DNA of 64,000 nucleotides from an uncultured Noviherbaspirillum sp. (GTDB lineage Bacteria; Pseudomonadota; Gammaproteobacteria; Burkholderiales; Burkholderiaceae_D): NCBI GenBank assembly GCA_966212445.1, contig CBIHRJ010000010.1, positions 28,672 to 92,671 of the forward strand, read 5' to 3'. Shown piece by piece: positions 19,301 to 27,121 of this stretch (position 1 is its first letter; each line of letters starts with the position of its first letter). The notes under the pieces were generated by a model. It saw only the letters and a program-made list of their open reading frames with translations, ran no database searches and was not told where the DNA came from. The position numbers and the translations under genes were made by a program.

Positions 19301-20168
19301 GCAGACGGATCAGGCCGCCCTGATCCTCAATTGTCCGTGCCTCGATCACGCCGGTATTGTTGACCACCGCGCTCGCCAGCTGGTCGGCCGCCCGGGCCGA
19401 CAAAATCACCTGCCCGCCGTCGGCCTGAATGAGCTGCCGGTTTTCTGCCAGCGCATGAAGCGAGCCCTGGTCGACGCTGTAGGACAACAGCGAACCATTG
19501 TCGAGATTGAGCGTGACCTTGTCGCCTGCCGCAAGCAAGGCGGCCCCAAGCGTGGCCGCGACAATGCCTTCATTGCGCACTTCCGGCGCCAGCAGCGCGA
19601 CATAACCGCGGTTTGCCGCACGCAGCGTTCCCTGGTTCACAACCGAGCCGGCGCCGCCGGCATTGGAAAACACATTTTTCCCGGCCATGAAATCAGCATT
19701 GTTCAGGCTCAGTGTCGACGCCACCAGTCCGCCGGCGTTCACCTGTGCCGTACTGCCGAACAGCACGCCATTGGGATTGAGCACGAACACCTGTCCGTTA
19801 GCGTCGATCCGGCCCAGTATCCGGCTCGGATCCTGGCCAAGCACGCGGTTCAAGGCGATTGATGTAGCGTTCGGCTGCAGGAAACGCACCGTTTCACTGG
19901 TACCGACACTGAAGCTCTGCCAGTCAATTGCGAGCTTCTGGCTCTGCTGCGTAACGGTGGTCGTCGCACCGGATTGCGCTATCGCGCCCGTACCGGCACT
20001 GACGGTGCCGCCGAGCGGCGCGGCGAGTGCGACCGGACTTGCCAGTGCCAGCGCTGCTGCGATGAGCTTGCGACCGGAAATCGATTTCCCTCGTCCGTTG
20101 ACGTTTTCCGCGACGGCAATCCAGGTGTTCGACAATTGGCTCCAGACGAGGCGATACGTGTGATTCAT
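13383..20168 (-). CDS. Two-partner secretion exoprotein (TpsA), filamentous-haemagglutinin-like adhesin
   Basis: 2261 aa from ATG 20168. It opens with an extended signal peptide region (MNHTYRLVWSQLSNTWIAVAENVNGRGKS). The TPS domain contains ...LNRVLGQDPSRILGRIDANGQVFVLNPNGVLFG (NPNG motif). About 1500 aa of Gly/Ser/Thr/Asn-rich beta-helix-type repeats follow. The C-terminal part is an array of YDGT...AGNY (MBG-type) repeats. Confidence 0.9.
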   Translation of the reverse strand: MNHTYRLVWSQLSNTWIAVAENVNGRGKSISGRKLIAAALALASPVALAAPLGGTVSAGTGAIAQSGATTTVTQQSQKLAIDWQSFSVGTSETVRFLQPNATSIALNRVLGQDPSRILGRIDANGQVFVLNPNGVLFGSTAQVNAGGLVASTLSLNNADFMAGKNVFSNAGGAGSVVNQGTLRAANRGYVALLAPEVRNEGIVAATLGAALLAAGDKVTLNLDNGSLLSYSVDQGSLHALAENRQLIQADGGQVILSARAADQLASAVVNNTGVIEARTIEDQGGLIRLLGDAQAGLVEAGGTLDVSSAGGKGGTVAVTGDRVRLNDGAHINATGESGGGTVLVGGGLRGQDTSVGNASAVVMHQGAVIDVSATGKGDGGTAVLWSQDYTAFNGTIRAKGGAVGGNGGMVETSSHDRLQALGVVDTGAPAGAAGNWLLDPSNVTIAESGASGTAYSDSFTPAADSVILASSIVSSLDAGTNVTITTGSTGSSAGDITVDAAIKKTGSSASTLTLSAANDVNVNAEISSSSGRLNAVLTSDADGSGAGNVNFGSGGRITTKGGNFYAGEMSGNNVTRKGQDLNMASGSFVDVEGGMLDILMNGTVTLADNSLRAGFSTFPNYNDGSTKYYYNYINVNADRILTSNADASTPDIVSTAPSVTLSAGTIGGSGAPIKISAGSSPASNTLYVNNTAGDSYISEIGQRAFSTISVNIGSQADSTHNVQIMGDAGGDGSTGDGHVILKTDSAGVLNIGTDNVRTGGSDNVEATNLVVSADNITFADRSVDVGDASFTASASSTLSSTQVNGVGDISGSYVTLNASEIGTATNPIELGTGYYLSLNNTGGSSYLKSVDNQFSSVSLTDTHAVGTHSLLYSNGDRINYSTDGSGIFLPTISGGASDGSTFGATTGIDVSHGNRSVTVVANSGDIILGDNSVNAGAGSFSAVLANGNSTGVIAAQNAYNAAAPVAQITAGDVQFAMYNNSSSAAIGGGGKDIQIAQGAGASNNTLSLNTRSGDVNIHELSPDHFKSIDVTLNGGHAAQNVAIDLNGPDDINFSDNGSLITLDAASVNLAANNRDWSFNAQSRSVQIDGTSVGDGSYSVASSLLKLNGDVMSNGGSIFLSGSSGIQLLKSVRVDSNADDAANTASTGYSGSIYLSGTISSSAGSHALTVDSGSTDSNGGQIMMYSGTANGGGDYLSGLNVSAKGMGDTSDGTIYYLGQNYYLNGDFTSTGNSYLLYPTTIDTEQGNVASAGNITFGGQNVFGSSYYGYVFNASTTAAGMNGGNVDLYGTYSHSPFSGSGMTVDTTGGAGGTSGSIDLPTVDTTYYYGSNTQSYAGGIITLHGDLRSDRGDITLNGDVRIANNVTIDTWQSTGSTQNGSAGSVTIDGAGLSAAAAGLALNIDTGTDTGADYYGGSSDWSHSAGNVSFAAGNSGGAYIDTLAVNTSVRGSHDTGTSGTITLNSVNTEGAQNYVGGATTISDGLTTNGGGISLAGVASVTLQGATVAFDTDRSGGTNDAGTLSFGDNHLNGAYALMIDTTADGGGAGADLTLSGIGDTTALTSVTAVAKNLTVGAAGIAAGGDMTLEGRGASSDVTLDGVVTSTGGNIVIAAGRDFVNNVSGTNTGIVASSGRYLVYAADPAGSTEGMSGYGKHYNQSYTAGSTPAYAASGDWFLYSIAPTITVSPSSPSPITYGSADPTLSASYSGLIDGDTTAALSGTPVLALEGYTASGAGHRPAGTYAITLSGTLTDSLGYQYEFNNGSLTVDPVSLTTSGVSAANKVYDGTVAATLGGTAAISALSGDAVTISGTASGVFADKNVGAGKDVTVSGYTLAGADAGNYVLTQPAGVTADITARALTVSVSGVDKVYDGTTAATIGYADNRVAGDVLVAAGTASFADKNAGSGKTVSVSDIGLSGTDAGNYTVNTTATTTADITARALTVSVSGVDKVYDGTTAATIGYADNRVAGDAFVAAGTASFADKNVGSGKTVSVSDIGLSGTDAGNYTVNTTATTTADITARALTVSVNGVDKVYDGTTAATVGYADNRVAGDALVAAGTAAFADKNAGSGKTISVSGIGLSGTDAGNYTVNTTATTTADITPAALTITARDKTKIYDGVPFSGGNGVDYLGFVDNESASVLNGVLAYGGTSQGALNFGTYSIVPGGLSSGNYTINYVDGVLTLNPLVPVQAAAAFGGTTVLPNYNGAVVVASESTPPAGTSPKVQVADVGAPQGGTVSIENGGIRLPDDGTASQQDAGELEINGK
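13879..14640 (-). repeat. Near-identical 246-bp (82-codon) tandem repeats, about 3.1 copies, inside tpsA
   Basis: The string GTGATGTCGGCC recurs at 13879, 14125 and 14371, with a variant GTGATGTCGGCT at 14617, giving an exact 246-bp period. The encoded units (ADITARALTVSVSGVDKVYDGTTAATIGYADNRVAGD...GTDAGNYTVNTTATT) differ at only a few residues. Confidence 0.9.
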
Positions 20169-20674
20169 AGCAGACATCCATGTGTGATTGGGTTGTTTTT
20201 TGCGGCAGATCTTCTTGTGCGCACGGGAGAGTTGCACACCAGTTACAACAGAGGAGAGGGAGTGGATGTTCGTTTCGCCAACCGCCGGCGGGTGGAACCT
20301 CGACAATGCGAAAGGTTGAGGGGAAGAACTTTTTCCATATGGAAATATATCTTTGCCGTTTCCTTTCAGCAACACGATTGTGGAGGTTGTTGCGAAATCC
20401 ACTCACGCAGTTTTGCGCCGGAATTGGCGCTGGATTCAGCGCCAAAAAATTGCATCGGATTTCAAGGTCTGCGGAAAATAATAAAAATGCAGCACGCGTG
20501 CATACGCATGCATATAACGTCCGGTGACGGATCGCTGCCTGCGCTCTTTCAGGCAGGCGATGACTGCGCGACATGTTGAGAGGAAGTCAGCCTGAACCAA
20601 CACCCTCATGCCGATGTGATCGGAAATGTGCTCGTAAATTGACGTGTGACACCAGCGCGACGTGAACACCGGAT

Positions 20675-21709
20675 TTACAACTGCTGCCCCTCCGCCCAGC
20701 GCAACACGTCGGCCACGGTCTCGTACAAATCCTCGGTGACAAACTGGTCAAGCGCGACACGCTCGTAGAGTTGCAGTGCCAGGTCCGCATCCTCATACAC
20801 CGGCACCAGATACTGCCCCGCATACTGCCGAATCTTCATGCCGGCCGCCCCCTCTCCCCGTGCGACCACACGCGGGACATCGCCTTCGCCTGCGTACTGC
20901 AAGGCCACCACGGCGCGTTGCGAGTGCACGACGACGGCTGCGATGCGCACGCGGTCCACCAGCAAGTCGAACTGCATCTCCTGCGCCATCTGCTTGCGGC
21001 GCGCATTGATATGCGGATCGCCTTCCATGTCGCGATGCTCGCGCCGGATATCCTCGACGGACATGCGTTGCGATTTCATGAACTGGTGGTGTTCGTTCAT
21101 GTAGTCGATCGCGGCCGCCGCCACGAATACCACGGCGGCCCAGCCGAAGATTGTTTGAATCAGGTTGCCCGCGACGATCAGGATCACATCCGGCGCCAGC
21201 GATCCGGCTTTCAGAGGGACGTCGAGCGACGTGCGGATCACGGAATACAGCACCCCCATCAGGCAAGCCGCCATGCAGACCATCTTCACCAGGTTGACCA
21301 GGCTGCGGCCGGACATGATCCGTTTGAATCCTTGCGCCGGGTCGAGCCGGTCCAGCTTGGGCACCAGGCGCGACCATGCCATCAATCCGCCGACCTGGAA
21401 AAAGGCGCCGGCGATGCCGCAGACGGCGGCAAGGACCAGCAGCGGCAGCGCCATGACGATCCACTCCGACAACAGATGCCCGATGAACAGGTGCAACTGC
21501 GCGCCGGGATCGGCCGAGCCGACGATCCGCAACGCATGACTGATCAATCCGTAGAGGTGGCGCAGCAGAAAAGTGCTGCCGGCCCACATGCCGGCGAGCA
21601 CGCCGACGAACACCAGCGCGGACACCACATCGGCGCTGCGCACGACGTCACCCTTGTTGCGCGCGTCGCGCAGTTTCTTTTCGGTCGGCGGCTGGTTCTT
21701 TTCGCTCAC
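20675..21709 (-). CDS. sctU: T3SS export-apparatus switch protein SctU (YscU/HrcU/FlhB family), non-canonical at the autocleavage site
   Basis: 344 aa. The start is GTG at 21709 with GGAGG 4 nt upstream. The N-terminus MSEKNQPPTEKKLRDARNKGDVVRS is the family hallmark. Four TM segments are followed by a C-terminal cytoplasmic domain. The NPTH position reads VVVHSQRAVVALQY. Confidence 0.9.
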   Translation of the reverse strand: MSEKNQPPTEKKLRDARNKGDVVRSADVVSALVFVGVLAGMWAGSTFLLRHLYGLISHALRIVGSADPGAQLHLFIGHLLSEWIVMALPLLVLAAVCGIAGAFFQVGGLMAWSRLVPKLDRLDPAQGFKRIMSGRSLVNLVKMVCMAACLMGVLYSVIRTSLDVPLKAGSLAPDVILIVAGNLIQTIFGWAAVVFVAAAAIDYMNEHHQFMKSQRMSVEDIRREHRDMEGDPHINARRKQMAQEMQFDLLVDRVRIAAVVVHSQRAVVALQYAGEGDVPRVVARGEGAAGMKIRQYAGQYLVPVYEDADLALQLYERVALDQFVTEDLYETVADVLRWAEGQQL

Positions 21710-21727
21710 AGTGCCTCCGCGATGGTG

Positions 21728-22519
21728 TCAACGCTCGATCAGGGAGCGCAGGAAAGCGAGCATGCCGCTGTTCGGGCTGAAGGAGCTGCGCAGCGCTTCA
21801 TAGATGAAGTGGAGGAACAGCACCAGCATCAGCATCGCCAGCGCGCCCTTCAACGGCGGCGCGACCGAGAACACGTTCAGGTGCGGAGCGATCCGGTTGA
21901 CCAGGCCGAGGCCGAGCTCGACCACCACGAGGACAAGCACGACCGGCGCGGCCAGTTTGATGGTCAGGGTCATCAGGCCGTCGCCTTCCTTCATCGCGAA
22001 ATGCTCGAGCGCCACGCCGACGTTGGGCAGGAACGAGTCCGGCGGCCAGATCCGGTAGGACTCGAAAATCAGGGCCAGCGTCGCTTCGAATCCGCCGCCG
22101 ACCATGAATAAGGCACTGGCCAGGTACATCAGGAACGCGGCGGTCGGGCCGCCGTCATGACCGGACACAGGATCGAAGAAGGCCGCGTTCGCCGAACCCG
22201 ACTGAAAATCGATCAAATGGCCCGCGCTCTGTATCGCCCACAGGAACAGGCTGAATGCGAATGCCAGCAGGAAGCCGATCAGCACCTCTTTCAGGATCAG
22301 GCCGATCAGGACGAGGGGAGCCATCTGCAGCAGGTTTCCCGCCGCGACGGCGGGAGCGACGAACATCGCCAGCAGCAGGATCAGGCTGTTGCGGACCATG
22401 CCGAGTATCGCCTGCCCGCTGAAGACCGGCAGAATGAAAAAGACCGGCATCAGGCGCGGCATCGCCATCAGCACCGGGCGTGCCGCAACTTCGATCGCCG
22501 CAAAATCCAGGCCTGGCAT
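21728..22519 (-). CDS. sctT: T3SS export-gate protein SctT (YscT/HrcT/FliR family)
   Basis: 263 aa from ATG 22519, with a G-rich SD (GGGGGGG) upstream. It is a polytopic membrane protein (MPRLMPVFFILPVFSG..., multiple TM segments). It sits between sctO and sctU, as hrcT follows hrpB7 in Hrp2 clusters. Confidence 0.8.
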   Translation of the reverse strand: MPGLDFAAIEVAARPVLMAMPRLMPVFFILPVFSGQAILGMVRNSLILLLAMFVAPAVAAGNLLQMAPLVLIGLILKEVLIGFLLAFAFSLFLWAIQSAGHLIDFQSGSANAAFFDPVSGHDGGPTAAFLMYLASALFMVGGGFEATLALIFESYRIWPPDSFLPNVGVALEHFAMKEGDGLMTLTIKLAAPVVLVLVVVELGLGLVNRIAPHLNVFSVAPPLKGALAMLMLVLFLHFIYEALRSSFSPNSGMLAFLRSLIER

Positions 22520-22541
22520 GCGTCCCCCCCTTCCGAGCTTG

Positions 22542-23039
22542 TTATCGCGGCGCCGTTTGCCGCCGCAGCGCGGCATAGCGCGTCAGCGAAACGTCGTCGA
22601 TCGTGTCCTCGTCCCGTCGTTCGGCATGACGCCGCGCCTCTTTCATGACGCGCTCTTCAGCCAGTGCGACGCTTTGCACTTCGGCGTCGGTCCGGTTGAA
22701 CTGGTTGCGCAAGCTGCGGGCGGTGTCCTGCTCGGCAAGATGCGCTTCTTCCCTGTCGAGAAACTTTCCCCATGCCTCGATGGTCTGCTGCCGCAAAGTC
22801 CTCGCATATAAGCGCCCGTGCTCCAGGTCGGCGATGGATGCCTTGCCGCCCGCGGCATGCTGGCCCATGGCGGCCCGGTGCTCGTGTTCCCGCTGCACCC
22901 GATGCTGCAGTTCCGTCCCGACATGGGACAGCGCCGCTTCCGATGCCGCCACGATCGCCTCTTGCGCATTGACCCGCGAAAGCGCCGCCAGCCTTCGCGT
23001 TTCGCGCAGCTTATGCAGCGTCGCCAATATCTTTTTCAT
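22542..23039 (-). CDS. sctO: T3SS stalk protein SctO (YscO/HrpB7/FliJ-like), positional call
   Basis: 165 aa, rich in Ala/Arg/Glu/Gln and of coiled-coil character throughout. It overlaps the 3' end of sctN by 29 nt. It occupies the slot immediately after the ATPase gene. Confidence 0.55.
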   Translation of the reverse strand: MKKILATLHKLRETRRLAALSRVNAQEAIVAASEAALSHVGTELQHRVQREHEHRAAMGQHAAGGKASIADLEHGRLYARTLRQQTIEAWGKFLDREEAHLAEQDTARSLRNQFNRTDAEVQSVALAEERVMKEARRHAERRDEDTIDDVSLTRYAALRRQTAPR

Positions 23040-24396
23040 CTGTGCCCGCCAGTTTCATCAATTCCGCGATGGTCTCGTCATAGGATTCGGACCGCGCGGT
23101 GGATTGGGAAAAGAATGCATTGATTGCGGAGCGCAGGCGCACCGCCTCGTCGGCCAGCGGATCGGAACCCGGCCGGTACTCGCCGATCTGGACCAGCAGT
23201 TCGATCTCCTGGTACTTGGCCAGCAGGCTGCGGATCGTGTTGGCCGCCCGCCGGTGCGGCTCCGTCGTCACCAGCGCCATCACGCGGCTCAGGCTGGCCA
23301 GTACATCGATCGCCGGATAATGGTTGGCCATCGCCAGCTTGCGCGACAGGACGATATGGCCGTCGAGGATGGAGCGCACTTCCTCGGCGATCGGGTCGTT
23401 TTCTTCCTCGCCTTCCACCAGCACCGAGTAAAACGCGGTGATGGAACCGCGACTGCCCTGGCCGGCGCGTTCGAGAAGCTGCGGCAGCATCGAGAAGATC
23501 GACGGCGGGTAACTGCGCCGCGTCGGCGGCTCGCCGCTGGCAAGCCCGACTTCGCGCTGCGCGCGCGCCAGCCGGGTCAGCGAGTCCACGATCAACGTGA
23601 CCTTGAGGCCCTGGTCGCGGAAATATTCGGCAATCGCGGTCGCCACGTAAGCGGACTTGACCCGTTCCATGGCTGGCCGGTCCGAGGTCGCGACGACCAC
23701 CACGGTCTTCGCGCGCGCTTCGCCGGGCAGGTTGTTTTCCAGGAACTCCCTCACCTCGCGCCCGCGCTCGCCGATCAATGCAATCACGTTGACATCGCTT
23801 TGCGCGCCGCGCGCGATCATGCCGAGCAAGGTACTCTTGCCGATGCCGGGCGGAGCAAAGATGCCCATGCGCTGCCCTTCGCCGATGGTGAGCATGCTGT
23901 CGATCACCCGGATGCCGGTGCCGACCGGACGCGCGATGCTCATCCGTTCCAGCGGATTCGGCGGCTCCCGGTGCGCCGGTATGCGCGCGCCGCCGGCAAT
24001 CGGCCCCTTGCCGTCGATCACCTCGCCGAGCCCGTTGACGACCCGCCCCAGCAAGCCGTCGCTCATCAGGAACCGGTGGCTCATCCCCGACGGCACGACC
24101 TCCGTCAATGCCGAGATGCCGGCCGTGCTGCCCAGGGGCGTAAGGTAAGTGACCTGCTGCGCGAATCCGACCACCTCCGCCAGCAATGCCGTTTCCCCGG
24201 GCGTGCGCAGTTCGCAGATTTCGCCCAGGTGCGCCTGCATGCCCGAGGCGCTGATCAGCATGCCGACGACCTGGGTGACGCGCCCATGCATGCGGATCGG
24301 GACGAATTTTTCGGCGGCGCGCGCCAGCTCGCGGCCCAGCTCGGACGCCATGCCGGACAGCGTGCCGCTCCCTGCGGCAGATTCACGATTCATCAT
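23011..24396 (-). CDS. sctN: T3SS ATPase SctN (YscN/HrcN/FliI family)
   Basis: About 461 aa from ATG 24396, with GGAGG 5 nt upstream; ATG 24408 is also possible. Walker A GIFAPPGIGKSTLLGMI and Walker B KVTLIVDSLTRLARAQRE are present. Also seen: SITAFYSVLVEGEEENDPIAEEVRSILDGHIVLSR, typical of F1/FliI-type ATPases. Confidence 0.95.
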   Translation of the reverse strand: MMNRESAAGSGTLSGMASELGRELARAAEKFVPIRMHGRVTQVVGMLISASGMQAHLGEICELRTPGETALLAEVVGFAQQVTYLTPLGSTAGISALTEVVPSGMSHRFLMSDGLLGRVVNGLGEVIDGKGPIAGGARIPAHREPPNPLERMSIARPVGTGIRVIDSMLTIGEGQRMGIFAPPGIGKSTLLGMIARGAQSDVNVIALIGERGREVREFLENNLPGEARAKTVVVVATSDRPAMERVKSAYVATAIAEYFRDQGLKVTLIVDSLTRLARAQREVGLASGEPPTRRSYPPSIFSMLPQLLERAGQGSRGSITAFYSVLVEGEEENDPIAEEVRSILDGHIVLSRKLAMANHYPAIDVLASLSRVMALVTTEPHRRAANTIRSLLAKYQEIELLVQIGEYRPGSDPLADEAVRLRSAINAFFSQSTARSESYDETIAELMKLAGTDEKDIGDAA

Positions 24397-25009
24397 TGCC
24401 GCCTCCATGGCCAAGCGCTTTGCCGAGCGCTTCCAGTTGCACATCCATGCCCGCTTCCACCGTTCCGGCAGGCGTCTCGATCACCAGGCGTTCGTCGTCG
24501 AGGCCCGGGTCGGCAACGATCCTGATCGTCGGCATATCCTCCTGCGCCGCCGACATGGCTCCGACGACCTGCCATAGCACAGCCTCCTGCGCCGGCGACA
24601 CGCGCACCGTGATGAACGCCTTGTCGTCGACCATTGCACACACCTTCCGCAGCGCGGTGTCGTACAGTTGCGCCGGATCGATGGCAGCCACCATTTCGCG
24701 CACCGCCCTGACGACGATATCGGCCATGGTGAACCGCATTGCCTGCAACGCGGCCGCAGATTCCAGCGCGGACCGGCACAGCCGCGCACCGTACTCCGCC
24801 TGGGCGCGCGCCACGCCCTGCTCATAGCCGTCGCGATTGTTTTTCTCGAACGTCTCCCTGGACTGCTGCAGCAAGCTATCGGCTTCTTCCCGTGCGGCGG
24901 CAATGACGCCCTCGGCATTCAGCAGTGCGGAGTATTCGACCGCCTTCAGCACCTTGCGCTCGCTCAGAAGCTGAAGGTTGCCTGTCGTGATCAGAAAAGC
25001 CAGTCCCAT
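24383..25009 (-). CDS. sctL: T3SS stator/ATPase regulator SctL (YscL/HrcL/FliH-like)
   Basis: 208 aa from ATG 25009; the long upstream extension in the track overlaps the preceding gene. The charged helical N-terminal half (AAREEADSLLQQSRETFEKNNRDGYEQGVARAQAEY) and the C-terminal domain fit the family. It lies directly upstream of, and overlaps, sctN. Confidence 0.7.
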   Translation of the reverse strand: MGLAFLITTGNLQLLSERKVLKAVEYSALLNAEGVIAAAREEADSLLQQSRETFEKNNRDGYEQGVARAQAEYGARLCRSALESAAALQAMRFTMADIVVRAVREMVAAIDPAQLYDTALRKVCAMVDDKAFITVRVSPAQEAVLWQVVGAMSAAQEDMPTIRIVADPGLDDERLVIETPAGTVEAGMDVQLEALGKALGHGGGNDES

Positions 25010-25653
25010 TCGCTTATCCTTTCCGGAATGATGCTGAGTACGATGAGTTCGGCCAGGTGCTGGCACTTGGTCGCGTCGAGCATCTGCGGCCCCCGCTGCA
25101 CCACCTCGCGCGGCAGCTTGAGCCGCGCCCGGCCGTATACCGCGGCGCCGGTCGTCGACAGCAGGCCCAGCAGCAGGCGATATCCGCGCGCCCTGATTTT
25201 CGTGGCCGCCAGTTCGGGATCGGGCGGCAATGCTTTGTAGCGCGCTGCCATTTCCGGCGTGCGCTCCATCACGAACTGCACGGCATCCTTGCCGAACTGC
25301 GTGCGGGCCGCGTCGCGCACGTGACGCAAGCGCGATTCGGCCAACAGCATCTTGTGCGCGCACAGACCGCAATACTCGGCGATCCGGCGCAGCGCGTCCG
25401 GCGCGATCAATGCGATGCGCTTGTCTTGCGCCGAGAAATCGAAGTCATACAGTTTGTCCAGGCCGTTGGATGCCAGCGCATGATGCGCAAACATCCTGCC
25501 TGCACGGGGACCCAGCGCGAGCTGCTGCCGATAGCGGTCCGGCCAGTGGTCCGGCAGCCAGCCCGGCGCCATGTAGGTATCCGGCCGCAAGTTGAATTCG
25601 CACACCAGCTGCCGCAGCGCAACGGAATGCTTTTCGCCGTACCGCGCGTTCAT
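24991..25653 (-). CDS. sctK: T3SS sorting-platform protein SctK (YscK/HrpB4-like), mainly positional
   Basis: 220 aa from ATG 25653, which forms an ATGA overlap with the sctJ stop. It lies between sctJ and sctL, like hrpB4/yscK. The N-terminal FNLRPDTYMAPGWLP resembles the conserved YscK-family opening. Confidence 0.5.
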   Translation of the reverse strand: MNARYGEKHSVALRQLVCEFNLRPDTYMAPGWLPDHWPDRYRQQLALGPRAGRMFAHHALASNGLDKLYDFDFSAQDKRIALIAPDALRRIAEYCGLCAHKMLLAESRLRHVRDAARTQFGKDAVQFVMERTPEMAARYKALPPDPELAATKIRARGYRLLLGLLSTTGAAVYGRARLKLPREVVQRGPQMLDATKCQHLAELIVLSIIPERISEWDWLF

Positions 25654-26426
25654 TTTCCGGAACCTCCCTGCGGCCGGGCACGACTGCGGAACAGCCCTTT
25701 CAGCAGGCCTCCTTCGCGGCCGCGCAGGCCGGCGAGTACGGCTGCGATCGCCACTACCAGCACCGCTATCCCGCTCCACAGCCATCCCCGCGATGTCATC
25801 GCGGCACTTTGCATATAGGTCCGCAACTTGCGTTTGGCTTCAATGCGGTCGCGGCCCGACTGCCGTGCCTCGGTCAGCGACAGAGAGACGCGTTCGTGGC
25901 TGAGCCCCTCGATGCTGTGGGCGACCAGGTCTTTGACCATCGGCGTCAGTATGCTGAGATCGACGTCGGCGCGATGCTTGATGAAGACCGCGGCCGAGGA
26001 TGGCCGGATCGTATCGCTCAGCGGATCGTTTTCGGGAATGACCACATGCACATCCGCCGCCACCACGCCGTCGATGTTGAGCAGCGTGCCGGACAGTTCC
26101 TGGGAAATGGCATAGATGTAGCGCATGCGCTCTTCCGCCGGCGTCGCCACCAGCCCCTGGCGCTGGAACATGTCGCCGAGGTTTTTCAGGCGTTCGCGCG
26201 GCAAGCCATGGGAGCGCAGCACCTCGAGCGCCAGCGCGGTATCGCTCTCGTCGATGCGGACTTTCCAGTCCTTGTCGTCGCCGGGCGCCTTGCTCGCGGG
26301 AATACTCTCCTCTGCCAGCACCGCGATCATTTCATTCGCTTCCTTCTCGCTGAGCTTGCTGTACAGGTCATGCTCGCATGCGCACAGCGCGAGCATCAAT
26401 CCGATCATCGAAAAAGCGCGTTTCAT
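25650..26426 (-). CDS. sctJ: T3SS inner-membrane ring lipoprotein SctJ (YscJ/HrcJ/PrgK family)
   Basis: 258 aa with GGGAGGA SD. It has a lipoprotein signal with lipobox (MIGLMLALCAC). The family block LYSKLSEKEANEMIAVLAEESIPASK is present, and there is a C-terminal TM segment (WLWSGIAVLVVAIAAVLAGL). Confidence 0.9.
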   Translation of the reverse strand: MKRAFSMIGLMLALCACEHDLYSKLSEKEANEMIAVLAEESIPASKAPGDDKDWKVRIDESDTALALEVLRSHGLPRERLKNLGDMFQRQGLVATPAEERMRYIYAISQELSGTLLNIDGVVAADVHVVIPENDPLSDTIRPSSAAVFIKHRADVDLSILTPMVKDLVAHSIEGLSHERVSLSLTEARQSGRDRIEAKRKLRTYMQSAAMTSRGWLWSGIAVLVVAIAAVLAGLRGREGGLLKGLFRSRARPQGGSGK

Positions 26427-26479
26427 CGCATCCTCCCAAAGCCTGCACTACTGTCAAAGACTCTTGTCCGCCTGCTCAG

Positions 26480-26899
26480 CTAGCGGTCATTGGCACGCAA
26501 CATGCTCTGAAAAAGACTGACGCTGGCGTCGGCAGCCGAGGTGCCGACTTTCGCGATGACCTGTGCGGCGGCGACATCCTTCGCAACCCTGGTGAGCATT
26601 TCCAGGCTCTTCGGCACATTCCCCGCATCGACAGCCAGCCGCAATTCCTCTTCCAGCCTCTCGTGCTGCGCAATGCGGACACCGATATCCTTGCTCAGCC
26701 CGGAAAGGCGGTCGCGGACCGTGTGTCCGTCAGCCTGCGCAGCTTCGCCATTCGCCGGCTTGTTGTGCATATGCCGCGCAAAATCCTTTGCCTGCGCTGG
26801 CTCGGGCAAGTTCGCGGCAACCGGTTTCGCATGCTCCTGCAGAGACGGCAAAGCGCCTGCCTGCACGCTTGCCGACGCGGTACTGACTGGATCAATCAT
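26480..26899 (-). CDS. Small T3SS-associated protein upstream of sctJ (candidate inner rod SctI / HrpB2-slot)
   Basis: 139 aa from ATG 26899, with GGAGG 5 nt upstream. It has no TM segment and is Ala/Ser/Gln-rich. The C-terminus ...KVGTSAADASVSLFQSMLRANDR loosely resembles the conserved C-terminal helix of inner-rod proteins. Its position matches hrpB2/hrpJ. Confidence 0.4.
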   Translation of the reverse strand: MIDPVSTASASVQAGALPSLQEHAKPVAANLPEPAQAKDFARHMHNKPANGEAAQADGHTVRDRLSGLSKDIGVRIAQHERLEEELRLAVDAGNVPKSLEMLTRVAKDVAAAQVIAKVGTSAADASVSLFQSMLRANDR

Positions 26900-27121
26900 G
26901 CCAACCTCCATCGAGATATTGATCTGTTGGGGGAAGGCGGTCGGCAAAGCAACCGCCTTCCGAAGTCAAGAGGGCATGGTTTCCCTCTTCGTTCAGGCTA
27001 CAAGAGCGGTTTGCGGGTCTGTGTAAGGGAGCCAAGGTCGGGTCGAGGAGCGCGCGCGTACGTGAGTACGCCGAGCACCGTAGGCCTGAAATTGGCCCCT
27101 TATACTGATCCGCAAGCCGCT

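Noticed and set aside
13383-20168. Possible CdiA contact-dependent inhibition toxin with downstream immunity gene
   Set aside because: No VENN (or related) pre-toxin motif and no distinct C-terminal toxin domain were seen. The protein ends in MBG-type repeats and a short tail. The next gene is tpsB after 7 nt, with no small immunity ORF, and the gene order is A-B rather than cdiBAI.
22524-22530. Homopolymeric C7 tract (G7 on the coding strand) at the sctO-sctT junction as a phase-variation switch
   Set aside because: The tract lies in the 22-nt intergenic spacer and simply forms the G-rich Shine-Dalgarno of sctT. At 7 nt it is short, and slippage would not change any reading frame.
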